DNA of 24,000 bases from Candidatus Shapirobacteria bacterium (GCA_028709405.1 JAQVXB010000001.1:661-24660), one strand, 5' to 3'. Shown: positions 8,885-17,256, numbered from the stretch's first letter. The notes: a model not told the origin generated them from the letters alone. Translations and numbers: made by a program.

Positions 8885-9035
8885 CTGAAACGCTCTCCTT
8901 TTTCTCCATTTCCTTCAACATCTTTTCCTGTTCCCATTTATCTTCCAATCTGCTTCGCCATCCACCAGCTTTAGCCATGGAAAAAGTAAAAAGAACTGCC
9001 ATTGCGATTATCAGCAATATTTCCCACCAAGTCAT
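8877..9035 (-). CDS. Hypothetical small single-pass membrane protein (52 aa), first gene of the cassette
   Basis: ORF absent from the track: MTWWEILLIIAMAVLFTFSMAKAGGWRSRLEDKWEQEKMLKEMEKKESVSDE*; preceded by gaaagga; overlaps the next gene by 8 nt. Confidence 0.65.
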   Translation of the reverse strand: MTWWEILLIIAMAVLFTFSMAKAGGWRSRLEDKWEQEKMLKEMEKKESVSDE

Positions 9036-9133
9036 TTTATCCACGTCCTTTCTTCATTTTGTTAAAGTGCTTACTTTCTATATAAAAACTCCATTCAAAC
9101 GTTCTTGTCCGAATTTTGTTGTTAAAACATCCT

Positions 9134-9162
9134 ATAATATCAAATTTCCCCTATTTTGTCAA
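9134..9162 (-). promoter_or_regulatory. Sigma70-type promoter for the 9035-8247 cassette
   Basis: Minus strand reads TTGACA-N17-TATTAT (-35 at 9162-9157, -10 at 9139-9134), about 92 nt upstream of the first ATG. Confidence 0.75.
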
Positions 9163-9191
9163 GATACCCTTTAGTTTATAATTAACCCATT

Positions 9192-9920
9192 ATGTCATAT
9201 TTTCAGGCTATAATTCTTAGTTTTATTCAAGGAATTACTGAGTTTTTACCAATTTCATCTTCTGGTCATCTTAATTTGGCTCAATTTTTTTTAAAATTAG
9301 AACCTTCTTTAACCCTCGATATTTTTCTTAATACCGCTACTTTTTTATCAGTTTTATTCTTCTTTCGAAATCAAATTAAATACTTTTTTGCCAATCTAAA
9401 ATACATTTTTGTTGGTTCAATTCCTGCTGTTTTGGTTGGGTTTTTTTTAAAAGACCAAATCGATACTCTTTTTTCTAACATTACCCTTTTACCATTCTTC
9501 TTCATTTTAAGCTCAGTTTTTGTTTTTTCCACCAAATTTTTTGGCCAAAAAGATTCTAAATTAGATTACAAAAAAGCTTTTATAATTGGTATTTTCCAAT
9601 CAATTGCTATTTTACCCGGAGTTTCTCGTTCTGGTACTACAATTTTTTCTGCCCTATTATTAGGTCTTTCTTCAATTCAAGCCTTCAGTTTTTCTTTTTG
9701 CCTTTTTATACCAGCTTCTCTTGGAGCTATTATTTTGAATATCAAAGATTTATCAACCGCCGGCCTTTTTAACCCAGAATATTTATTAGGATTTGTTATT
9801 ACTTTTATTGTTGGTATTTTTGCTCTAGGATTTCTTAAAAAAATATTAATTAGTCAAAAATTTTGGATTTTTGGTGTCTACACTTTTATTTTAGCTTTAG
9901 TCTTATTTTTTGCCTTTTAA
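9192..9920 (+). CDS. uppP: Undecaprenyl-diphosphatase
   Basis: FIQGITEFLPISSSGHLNL and PGVSRSGTTIFSALLLGLS motifs in a multi-TM protein. Confidence 0.94.
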   Translation: MSYFQAIILSFIQGITEFLPISSSGHLNLAQFFLKLEPSLTLDIFLNTATFLSVLFFFRNQIKYFFANLKYIFVGSIPAVLVGFFLKDQIDTLFSNITLLPFFFILSSVFVFSTKFFGQKDSKLDYKKAFIIGIFQSIAILPGVSRSGTTIFSALLLGLSSIQAFSFSFCLFIPASLGAIILNIKDLSTAGLFNPEYLLGFVITFIVGIFALGFLKKILISQKFWIFGVYTFILALVLFFAF

Positions 9921-10132
9921 CATTCTCCAGTTTTTCCTTCCAACCTATCAATTACCATTTTCTTTAAATTTTCTGACGCCAATTTAATTACTTTTTTCTG
10001 TTTATGGCTTTGTTTTTCTTTTTTATTTTCCACTTCAATTCGGAAAAATAATTCTTGTTCGTATTTATTTTCAATATCCATTTTTCGACTTTTAACTTTA
10101 TAAATTTGTAACTTTAAACTATATTTGTCCAC
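9917..10132 (-). CDS. Hypothetical basic protein (71 aa) overlapping the end of the upstream exonuclease gene
   Basis: MDKYSLKLQIYKVKSRKMDIENKYEQELFFRIEVENKKEKQSHKQKKVIKLASENLKKMVIDRLEGKTGEC; 14-nt overlap with the 10119-11072 gene, 4-nt convergent overlap with uppP. Confidence 0.5.
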   Translation of the reverse strand: MDKYSLKLQIYKVKSRKMDIENKYEQELFFRIEVENKKEKQSHKQKKVIKLASENLKKMVIDRLEGKTGEC

Positions 10133-11072
10133 TCATATAATTTTTCCAAATCAGATACAGTTCGGTCGTAGCTACTGCATCTCTTGCTACATAATCAGCA
10201 ATTTTATTAAATTCTTTCTGATTATACAAGTTTGTCACATCACCTCCATGAACTCCTTTTTCTTTAGGATTTTCAATTCCAAACGCCTTACATAAAAATT
10301 CAAGTTTAAAAGCATGACTTTGTCTTATCTTATTTTGCAAATCTATAAATTTATCTGATCCCCATCTTTTTATTTCGAATGGCATTTTAACCCGATTAAT
10401 TCCCGATCTTATCATTAAATAAGGAAAGTCAAAATTATCGCCATTATAAGTAACAAATTGTTCGTATTTGGAAGTTATTTTCCAAAATTCCTCCAATAAT
10501 TCCTTTTCACTTTTAAATGTTTTATAAACAAAATTTTCTTTTTCTGGTTTAATTTCTTTAGTCGATAAGCTTAAAACTATTCCGATTTTATTATTCACAT
10601 CATATCCACCAATTGCACAAACCATTCCAAAGATAGAATATAGTGCTGTTTTATTTTTAGCTATTTCTTTATCTTCTTCATTTTTTTCTAAATTATTTAA
10701 TAGATAATCCTGTTCCGATTCATCTAAATCTTCAAACTTTTTTCCCAAAGTCTCAATATCAAATACTAAAGTCGGGATAGAAGGGGAATAATCACTACTT
10801 TCTTCTGTTGTTACAATTTGACAGCTATCAATTATTATCCCTATCTTTCCATTGTATTCCTGTGTTTTTCCGCTAATTTCAATTATTTTACCAATTTCAA
10901 AATTGCATTGAGGAATATTATTATTCCAAATTTTAGCTTCAATTTTTCCTTCTTTATTACTCAATTCCAACACATAAAAATTATCCCCATTTTTAGTCTG
11001 TTTAATTTCTTGACTAGAAACTAAAAAATGACCATCTCTGATTAATTCATTCGCTCCCAATTTAATTGCCAT
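10119..11072 (-). CDS. OB-fold nucleic-acid-binding domain fused to a DEDDy (DnaQ-like/PolB-type) 3'-5' exonuclease domain
   Basis: N-terminus FLVSSQEIKQTKNGDNFYVLELSNKEGKIEAKIWNN resembles the OB fold of YhaM-type nucleases; Exo I LVFDIETL, Exo II FVTYNGDNFDFPYL, Exo III ADYVARDAVATTELY. Confidence 0.8.
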   Translation of the reverse strand: MAIKLGANELIRDGHFLVSSQEIKQTKNGDNFYVLELSNKEGKIEAKIWNNNIPQCNFEIGKIIEISGKTQEYNGKIGIIIDSCQIVTTEESSDYSPSIPTLVFDIETLGKKFEDLDESEQDYLLNNLEKNEEDKEIAKNKTALYSIFGMVCAIGGYDVNNKIGIVLSLSTKEIKPEKENFVYKTFKSEKELLEEFWKITSKYEQFVTYNGDNFDFPYLMIRSGINRVKMPFEIKRWGSDKFIDLQNKIRQSHAFKLEFLCKAFGIENPKEKGVHGGDVTNLYNQKEFNKIADYVARDAVATTELYLIWKNYMSGQI

Positions 11073-11143
11073 GTTTAATTATACCTTTTAATAAGTTCAA
11101 ATATAAGCTTTTAATCTTAATTTTTGATAAAATCAAAGCACTC

Positions 11144-11217
11144 GGGAATTGGCGCAATTGGCTAGCGCGCATGCATGGGGTGCATGAGGCTGCAGGTTCG
11201 AATCCTGTATTCCCGAC
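11144..11217 (+). tRNA. tRNA-Pro (anticodon GGG)
   Basis: 74 nt cloverleaf: acceptor CGGGAAT/ATTCCCG; D arm GCGC/GCGC; anticodon stem CATGC/GCATG with loop ATGGGGT; T arm GCAGG-TTCGAAT-CCTGT; discriminator A; CCA not encoded (CTA follows). Confidence 0.93.
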
Positions 11218-11276
11218 TAAATACAGGATGAGAAGTTTATGCCCCGAAGGGGTAAATCCTGTATTCCCGACTAAAA
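11202..11276 (+). repeat. 21-bp direct repeat of the tRNA-Pro 3' end with an intervening inverted repeat
   Basis: AATCCTGTATTCCCGACTAAA at 11202-11222 and 11256-11276; AATACAGGAT at 11221-11230 is the reverse complement of ATCCTGTATT in both copies. Confidence 0.9.
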
Positions 11277-11312
11277 TTTAAGATATATTTGGGTTTTCTT
11301 CGGTTTTGCTTA

Positions 11313-11348
11313 TTGACTTGATATATTTCTTTTTGTTATCACTATAAC
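11313..11348 (+). promoter_or_regulatory. Possible recA promoter region
   Basis: TTGACT (11313) and TATAAC (11343-11348) lie upstream of recA, but spacing is not ideal for any single -35/-10 pair. Confidence 0.3.
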
Positions 11349-11373
11349 TGTAACGTTAATATTAAAAAAACAT

Positions 11374-12465
11374 ATGTATAAAAAGAAAATAAAAAAAGAA
11401 GCCAAAGGGTTAGCTGTTGCTGGAAATCAAAGTCAAAAGAACGAAGCTATTCGGGTTGCTATGGAGCAAATCACCAAAGCCTTTGGTGATGGTGCCATCA
11501 TGAAAATGGGTGAAAAACAAGCTGATATGTCCATCGATGTAGTTCCAACTGGTTGTTTACCTCTTGATATTGCTCTTGGTGTTGGTGGTCTACCTCGAGG
11601 TCGTGTTACTGAAATTTTTGGTCCAGAAGCCTCAGGAAAAACCACTGTTTGTCTTCATGTTATAGCTGAAGCCCAAAAAATGGGTGGAACAGCTGCTTTT
11701 ATTGATGTTGAACACGCCCTCGATCCTCTTCGAGCTGCCACCGTTGGTGTTAATTTAAACAATCTTTTAATTTCCCAACCAGATAGTGGTGAGCAAGCCC
11801 TGGAAATTGTTGAAACTCTTGTTCGTTCCAATGCTGTTGACGTTGTTGTTCTCGATTCTGTCGCCGCTCTAGTTCCTAAAGCCGAAATTGAAGGCGAAAT
11901 GGGTGATTCTATGATGGGGGTTCAAGCTCGTCTTATGTCTCAAGCTCTGCGAAAATTGACTGGTGCCATCTCTAAATCAAAAACCATCGTTATTTTTACC
12001 AATCAAATTCGCCAAAAAATCGGCATTATGTTTGGTAACCCCGAAACTACTCCCGGCGGTTTAGCCCTTAAATTTTACGCTTCAGTTAGAATTGATTTAC
12101 GTAAAATTGCCAACATCAAAACCTCCTCCGGTGAATCTATTGGCTCCCAACACCGAGCACGTGTTATTAAAAACAAAGTTGCTCCGCCATTTAGAGAAGC
12201 TGAATTTGATATTATGAACACCGAAGGTATTTCTATTTATGGAAGTTTGGTTGATTTAGCTATTCAGCATGGATTAATAACTAAAGCTGGTGCTTTCTTT
12301 AAAGTTGACGGTCAAAATATTCAAGGTCGGGAAGGTGCTAAAAAATATTTAAAAGAAAATCAAAAATTAGCCGAGGAATTAAAATCACAAATTTGGAAAA
12401 AAGTTAAAGAAAATACCGAACCGTCAAAACTTAGCCCACCAGAAGACGCTCCGGTTCAAGAATAA
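11374..12465 (+). CDS. recA: Recombinase RecA
   Basis: [22 protein letters not shown]; [10 protein letters not shown]; [17 protein letters not shown]; [22 protein letters not shown]. Confidence 0.98.
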   Translation: MYKKKIKKEAKGLAVAGNQSQKNEAIRVAMEQITKAFGDGAIMKMGEKQADMSIDVVPTGCLPLDIALGVGGLPRGRVTEIFGPEASGKTTVCLHVIAEAQKMGGTAAFIDVEHALDPLRAATVGVNLNNLLISQPDSGEQALEIVETLVRSNAVDVVVLDSVAALVPKAEIEGEMGDSMMGVQARLMSQALRKLTGAISKSKTIVIFTNQIRQKIGIMFGNPETTPGGLALKFYASVRIDLRKIANIKTSSGESIGSQHRARVIKNKVAPPFREAEFDIMNTEGISIYGSLVDLAIQHGLITKAGAFFKVDGQNIQGREGAKKYLKENQKLAEELKSQIWKKVKENTEPSKLSPPEDAPVQE

Positions 12466-13115
12466 TGCAAATTGTTAGTATTAAAACCAGTAAAATTCCA
12501 AATCAAGTTTGGATAACTTTTTCTGATTCTTCTTTTATCCCTTTTTTTATTGATGATATTGTTAAATTATCTTTAGCTAAAAATCAAGAAATTGACGATT
12601 CAAAATTAGAAACTATTATTAAAAACTGTCTTCTTTTTAAAGGTAAGGAATATGCTCTTCGTCAAATTGCTATTTCTCCAAAAACAGAAAAAATAATTAA
12701 TCAGAAGATTAAAATCTTTTTAAGAAAAATAATTTTAAAATATAAATTAAATATCTCCGGCTTAAATTTAACTGAAATTAATCAAGAGATAATCGATTAT
12801 TTAAAAGTTAAAAAACTCTTGAATGATTTAGATTTTATTAACTATTTTGTTAAAAAAAATCACAAAAAATCTCGGCAACAAATAATTTATTTATTGCAAC
12901 AACACGGTGTAGATCGTAATCTTCTGTCTCAAATTAATTTCACTCAAGAAAATGATTTAACTAAGATAAAATCTTACTTAAACAAAAAAAATATAGATAT
13001 ATCAAAAATAAAGGATTTTAAGGAAAAAAATAAGATTAAGTCTGCTCTTTTTCGTCGCGGTTTTAATATTTCAGATATAAACATCGCAATTGACGATTAT
13101 GATGAATTTAGGTAA
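12465..13115 (+). CDS. recX: Regulatory protein RecX
   Basis: 216 aa, start overlaps recA stop; basic helical repeats AIDDYDEFR, ALFRRGFNISDINIAI typical of RecX. Confidence 0.8.
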   Translation: MQIVSIKTSKIPNQVWITFSDSSFIPFFIDDIVKLSLAKNQEIDDSKLETIIKNCLLFKGKEYALRQIAISPKTEKIINQKIKIFLRKIILKYKLNISGLNLTEINQEIIDYLKVKKLLNDLDFINYFVKKNHKKSRQQIIYLLQQHGVDRNLLSQINFTQENDLTKIKSYLNKKNIDISKIKDFKEKNKIKSALFRRGFNISDINIAIDDYDEFR

Positions 13116-13271
13116 AATATACCAATTAGTTTTTATAAATTAAATTATAATTTTAACTTTTTATTTTAAAGCACCCAAAATATGTTATTCAAGTTAGTCA
13201 GAATACCGACTCATTGTTAACTTAAGCCATTTCCCTTGGTGTGTTTTGCCGTAAAAAGTATTGGAGGTCAC

Positions 13272-14843
13272 ATGTTAGATGTATTTTTATCGAGAGTTAA
13301 GGGTTTGTTTTCTACCCCTCAAAAGTCAGTTCCTAAAAAAGAAATCTTAAGCAAAGTCGAAGGAAAAAAAGAAGTTAAAGAAAGCAAGCAAGAGAAACAA
13401 GATAATAATCGTGTTGTTTTTTCACCAACCAAAACTGAAACTCAATCAAAACCGGTTGTCGAGGTTGACAATAGTGCTGCTATGGCTGCTCTTCAAAACG
13501 CCAAAAGAATTGAATCAGAAGCTAAGGCTAAAGAAGCTGAAATTTTTCAAAGGTTATCATCTCTAGATGAAAAAGAGCGTTATTTAATTCAAAAAGAAAG
13601 ATCTCTTGATACCCAAACAGCCGAAATAAAGACTAAATTAAATAGTATTGACGATATTTATCGTAAGCAAATGGATAAATTAGAAACCATTTCTGGTCTT
13701 GATGTTGAAAAGGCTAAACAATTAGTTATGAGTAGTACTGAGAAAAAAATGGCGTCATGGGTATCTAAGAAAATTGAAGAAGCCAGAGATGAAATTAAAC
13801 AAAAAGAAGAAGAAATTACTAAAGAAGTAATTATTGATAATATTCGTCATGGTCTTACTGATTATGTGGCCGAATATACTGTTTCCACTATTTCTTTGGC
13901 TGATGAAACTGTCAAAGGTAAAATAATTGGTCGTGAAGGTCGAAATATTCGTGCTTTTGAAAAAGCCACCGGTGTTGAAATTGAATTAGATGAAACTAAT
14001 GACATTCGTATTTCCTCTTTTGATTCAACTCGAAGAGAAATCGCCCGTCTTTCATTGGAGAAATTAATAAAGGATGGTCGTATCCAACCTCTTAAAATCG
14101 AACAAGTTGTTGCTCAAACCAAAACTGAAATGGATAGAATTCTTTTAAATGAAGGTAAAAAAATTATCCAAGAAGTCGGTGTTTTTAATTTACCAATCGA
14201 TTTAATCAAAGAAATCGGTAAATATAAATTCAGATTTTCTTATGGTCAAAATTTAGCTAAGCACACCATTGAAGCTACTAAAATTGCTACCGCTATTGCT
14301 TATGAATTAAGAGCGGATGTCAATACTGTTCGTCTCGGTGCTTTATTGCACGATATTGGTAAAGTAGTCACCGATCAGGAGGGAACCCATGTCGATTTAG
14401 GTATTGATTTATTAAGAAAATATAAAATTCCAGAACCTATTATTGCTTGTGTCGCTGAACACCATGAAGATAAAGAGTTCTCTTCTGTAGAATCGGTCAT
14501 TGTTTATATTGGTGATGCTGCCTCTGGTGCTCGTCCAGGTGCTCGTTATGAAGTTCATGAAGAGTATCTAAAAAGAATGAAAAATATTGAAGAAGTGGCA
14601 ATTGCCTTTCCTGGTGTTACTAGTGTTGCTGCTTATCAAGCCGGTCGAGAAGTAGTAGTTATTGTTGAACCTACCCAAGTTTCTGATGCAGAAGCCGAAG
14701 TTTTAAGTCAAAATATTGCCGAAAAACTCGAAGAAGAGGCTAAATGGGCTGGTCAGATAAAAGTTACAGTCATTAGAGAAGTCAGAACCAGTAGTGTCAT
14801 TGTTGGCAGCAAAGTCAACAAAAATGCGGTAAAAAACGAATAA
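13272..14843 (+). CDS. rny: Ribonuclease Y
   Basis: Coiled coil, KH domain GKIIGREGRNIRAFEKATGVEIELDETNDIRISSFDSTRREIAR, HD domain LGALLHDIGKV; ATG 13272 preceded by SD ggaggt. Confidence 0.93.
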   Translation: MLDVFLSRVKGLFSTPQKSVPKKEILSKVEGKKEVKESKQEKQDNNRVVFSPTKTETQSKPVVEVDNSAAMAALQNAKRIESEAKAKEAEIFQRLSSLDEKERYLIQKERSLDTQTAEIKTKLNSIDDIYRKQMDKLETISGLDVEKAKQLVMSSTEKKMASWVSKKIEEARDEIKQKEEEITKEVIIDNIRHGLTDYVAEYTVSTISLADETVKGKIIGREGRNIRAFEKATGVEIELDETNDIRISSFDSTRREIARLSLEKLIKDGRIQPLKIEQVVAQTKTEMDRILLNEGKKIIQEVGVFNLPIDLIKEIGKYKFRFSYGQNLAKHTIEATKIATAIAYELRADVNTVRLGALLHDIGKVVTDQEGTHVDLGIDLLRKYKIPEPIIACVAEHHEDKEFSSVESVIVYIGDAASGARPGARYEVHEEYLKRMKNIEEVAIAFPGVTSVAAYQAGREVVVIVEPTQVSDAEAEVLSQNIAEKLEEEAKWAGQIKVTVIREVRTSSVIVGSKVNKNAVKNE

Positions 14844-14908
14844 CTTCTATTGCAATTTAATAATATTCATCTAAAATTAAGAAGAATTATTAATTATTTA
14901 AAAAAATA

Positions 14909-15181
14909 ATGACCAAAAAAGATTTAATCGAATCAGTCTCCCAAAAAGCTAAGCTTAGTAAAAAAGCAGCTAAACAAGCTGTAGAAACTTTTCTTTCTGA
15001 AATAATGAAAGGACTAGCTAGTGGTGAAACTGTTAAACTTTCCGGTTTTGGAACTTTCAAAACTAAAGTCTTCAAAGCTAAAACCATTAAAGCCATTGGA
15101 TCAAAAGAATCCAAAAAAATTGCTGCCAGAAGAATGCCTCGTTATATTCCCGGCACCAAGATCAAGAAAATGGTTAAATAA
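14909..15181 (+). CDS. HU/IHF family DNA-binding protein
   Basis: MTKKDLIESVSQKAKLSKKAAKQAVETFLSEIMKGLASGETVKLSGFGTFKTKVFKAKTI...RRMPRYIPGTKIK. Confidence 0.93.
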   Translation: MTKKDLIESVSQKAKLSKKAAKQAVETFLSEIMKGLASGETVKLSGFGTFKTKVFKAKTIKAIGSKESKKIAARRMPRYIPGTKIKKMVK

Positions 15182-15200
15182 TTCATCTTTTTGAATTTCT

Positions 15201-15229
15201 AAATCCCTCCGATTTTCGGGGGGATTTTT
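15201..15229 (+). terminator. Hairpin terminator downstream of the HU gene
   Basis: aaatccctccg-atttt-cggggggattttt, 11-bp stem with one G-U pair; T tail short. Confidence 0.7.
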
Positions 15230-15242
15230 GTTAAAATACACT

Positions 15243-16313
15243 ATGAAATTATCAATCGGTATTGTTGGCTTACCTAATGTTGGCAAATCGACTCTTTTTA
15301 ATGCGCTTTTGGGTAAACAAGTTGCCGATGCTAGCAATTATCCTTTTTGTACCATCGATCCTAATGTTGGTGTAGTTGAAGTTCCCGATGATAAATTGCC
15401 TATTTTAGCTAAAATTGTTAAAACCGACAAAATAGTTCCTGCTATTGTTGAATTTGTTGATATTGCCGGTCTGGTTAAGGGTGCTTCACAAGGTGAGGGA
15501 CTCGGTAATAAATTCCTTACCAATATTCGTGACTGTGATGCCATCTGCCACGTTGTTCGTGCCTTTTCCGACTCTAATATTATTAAAGAGGGTTCAGTTA
15601 ATCCTCAAGGCGATTTTGAAGTCATTTGTGCCGAGCTCATTATTAAAGATTTAGAGACCATTGATAAATATCTTGATGTTAATAAAAATAATGCCAAAGA
15701 AAACAAATCTAAAAAATTTACCTTAGCTACCAAATTGAAAACCGAATTGGAAAAAGGCAATTTAGCTGTCAATCTAAAATTAGATGATGAAGAAAAAGAA
15801 ATGATTAAAGAATTTTTCTTACTAACCGCCAAACCATATTTTATTGTCGCTAATGTTGATGAAGATACTTATAAAGAAATTTCCAATTTCCAATTTCCAA
15901 TTTCCAATGAAAATGGAATTATTCCAATTTGTGCAAAAGTTGAATTTGATTTATCGGAATTAAATCAGAAAGATAAAAAAGATTATTTAAAAGAATTGGG
16001 TGTTAATAAATCTGGATTGGAAAGGGTTATTCAAAAAGCCTATGATACCCTCGGCCTTCAATCTTATTACACTGCTGGTGTTAAAGAAGCCCGTGCTTGG
16101 ACCATTAAAAAAGGGGACACTGCCCCAAAAGCCGCCTCTGCCATTCACACTGATTTTGAAAAGGGCTTTATTATGGCCGAAGTTGTCTCTTACAATGATT
16201 TTGTTCAATACCAAGGTCTTTTAGGGGCCAAAGAAGCCGGTAAACTTCGTCACGAGGGTCGTGATTACATTATGCGTCCCGACGATGTGGTTGAATTTAG
16301 AATCAATGCTTAA
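15243..16313 (+). CDS. ychF: Redox-regulated ATPase YchF (Obg-family GTPase-like)
   Basis: [49 protein letters not shown]; C-terminal [19 protein letters not shown]. Confidence 0.95.
   Translation: MKLSIGIVGLPNVGKSTLFNALLGKQVADASNYPFCTIDPNVGVVEVPDDKLPILAKIVKTDKIVPAIVEFVDIAGLVKGASQGEGLGNKFLTNIRDCDAICHVVRAFSDSNIIKEGSVNPQGDFEVICAELIIKDLETIDKYLDVNKNNAKENKSKKFTLATKLKTELEKGNLAVNLKLDDEEKEMIKEFFLLTAKPYFIVANVDEDTYKEISNFQFPISNENGIIPICAKVEFDLSELNQKDKKDYLKELGVNKSGLERVIQKAYDTLGLQSYYTAGVKEARAWTIKKGDTAPKAASAIHTDFEKGFIMAEVVSYNDFVQYQGLLGAKEAGKLRHEGRDYIMRPDDVVEFRINA
15878..15905 (+). repeat. Four tandem copies of AATTTCC inside ychF
   Basis: aatttcc x4 at 15878-15905, coding for [10 protein letters not shown]. 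Confidence 0.95.
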
Positions 16314-17256
16314 CAAAATTTTAATCATTTCTGGTCCGACTGCCACCGGTAAAACCGATCTAGCAGTAGATTTGGCCAAAAAATATAAAGGGGAGTTAGT
16401 CTCTACTGATTCTTGTCAAATTTATAAAGGTTTAGATATTGGCACCGGTAAAGATCAACCTGGTGAAACCCCAATTCATTTAATCGATTTAATAACTCCA
16501 GATCAAAAATTTTCTGTAGCTCAATTTCAACAAGCTGGGTTAAAAATTATTAATAAACTCCATTTCCAAAATAAATTGCCAATTTTGGTTGGTTGTAGTG
16601 GTTTTTATCTAGACTCTTTAATTAATCAAAACTATGACACTTTTTCCATTAAACCCAATAAAATTTGGCGTTTTATTTCTAAAAAATTATCAGTCAAAGC
16701 TCTTCAAAAAATTTATAAATTATTAGATCCTAAAAATTTTTCCAAATTAAATCATTCAGATATTAATAACCACTATCGTCTAACCCGTAAAATCGAAATA
16801 AAATTATCAAAAAATAAAAAAAATAATTTGTCATTAGAAATTAGAAATTGGGATTTACTCCACATATCATTAATTGCTCCTCTCGATTTTCTTTATGATC
16901 GCATTGACAAACGCGTCCAAAAACGCCTAGATACCGGCTTTTTTGACGAAGTAGAAAATTTACTTAAAAAATATTCTTGGTCAGATCCAGGGATGCAAAT
17001 TGGAGCCTATCAATGCCTGAAACCATATTTTGAAAATCAAAAAAAGTCCTCCTTTTGTCAAAGGGGGATACCCGAAGAGAGGGGGATTTCTGATTGTCTT
17101 CAAAAATGGCGTTATGCTGAACACAGTGATGCCAGGCGTCAAAGCACTTATTTTAAGTCTAGATACTTAAACAAGGCTTATTTTTTTGACATCACTTCTC
17201 CTATGTTTAAGGATAAAATCTTTACTTTAGTTTCTAAATGGTACAATAAATTATGA
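16306..17256 (+). CDS. miaA: tRNA dimethylallyltransferase
   Basis: [24 protein letters not shown]; STDSCQIYKGLDIGTGK; LYDRIDKRVQKRLDTGFFDEVENLL; WRYAEHSDARRQSTYF. ATG 16306 overlaps the ychF stop. Confidence 0.93.
   Translation: MLNKILIISGPTATGKTDLAVDLAKKYKGELVSTDSCQIYKGLDIGTGKDQPGETPIHLIDLITPDQKFSVAQFQQAGLKIINKLHFQNKLPILVGCSGFYLDSLINQNYDTFSIKPNKIWRFISKKLSVKALQKIYKLLDPKNFSKLNHSDINNHYRLTRKIEIKLSKNKKNNLSLEIRNWDLLHISLIAPLDFLYDRIDKRVQKRLDTGFFDEVENLLKKYSWSDPGMQIGAYQCLKPYFENQKKSSFCQRGIPEERGISDCLQKWRYAEHSDARRQSTYFKSRYLNKAYFFDITSPMFKDKIFTLVSKWYNKL

Noticed and set aside
9037-9127. Possible leader peptide upstream of the 52-aa gene
   Set aside because: The only ATG-started frame I could follow closes after seven codons, with no regulatory feature to support it.
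8977-9174. 65-aa plus-strand ORF
   Set aside because: Antisense to the 52-aa gene and covers its promoter; no SD or homology visible.
11066-11281. 71-aa plus-strand ORF across the tRNA
   Set aside because: It reads through the tRNA-Pro and its duplicated 3' end; the protein repeat NPVFPTK is a by-product of the DNA repeat.
11433-11645. Minus-strand ORF inside recA, and similar antisense ORFs in rpoA, rnpB-adjacent perM-like, HU and secD genes
   Set aside because: Shadow ORFs caused by codon bias of the true genes on the opposite strand.
15338-16224. Several overlapping ORFs within ychF on both strands (15338-15544, 15445-15654, 15605-15832, 15987-16214, 16000-16224)
   Set aside because: All lie inside a clearly conserved ychF frame and have no family signature.
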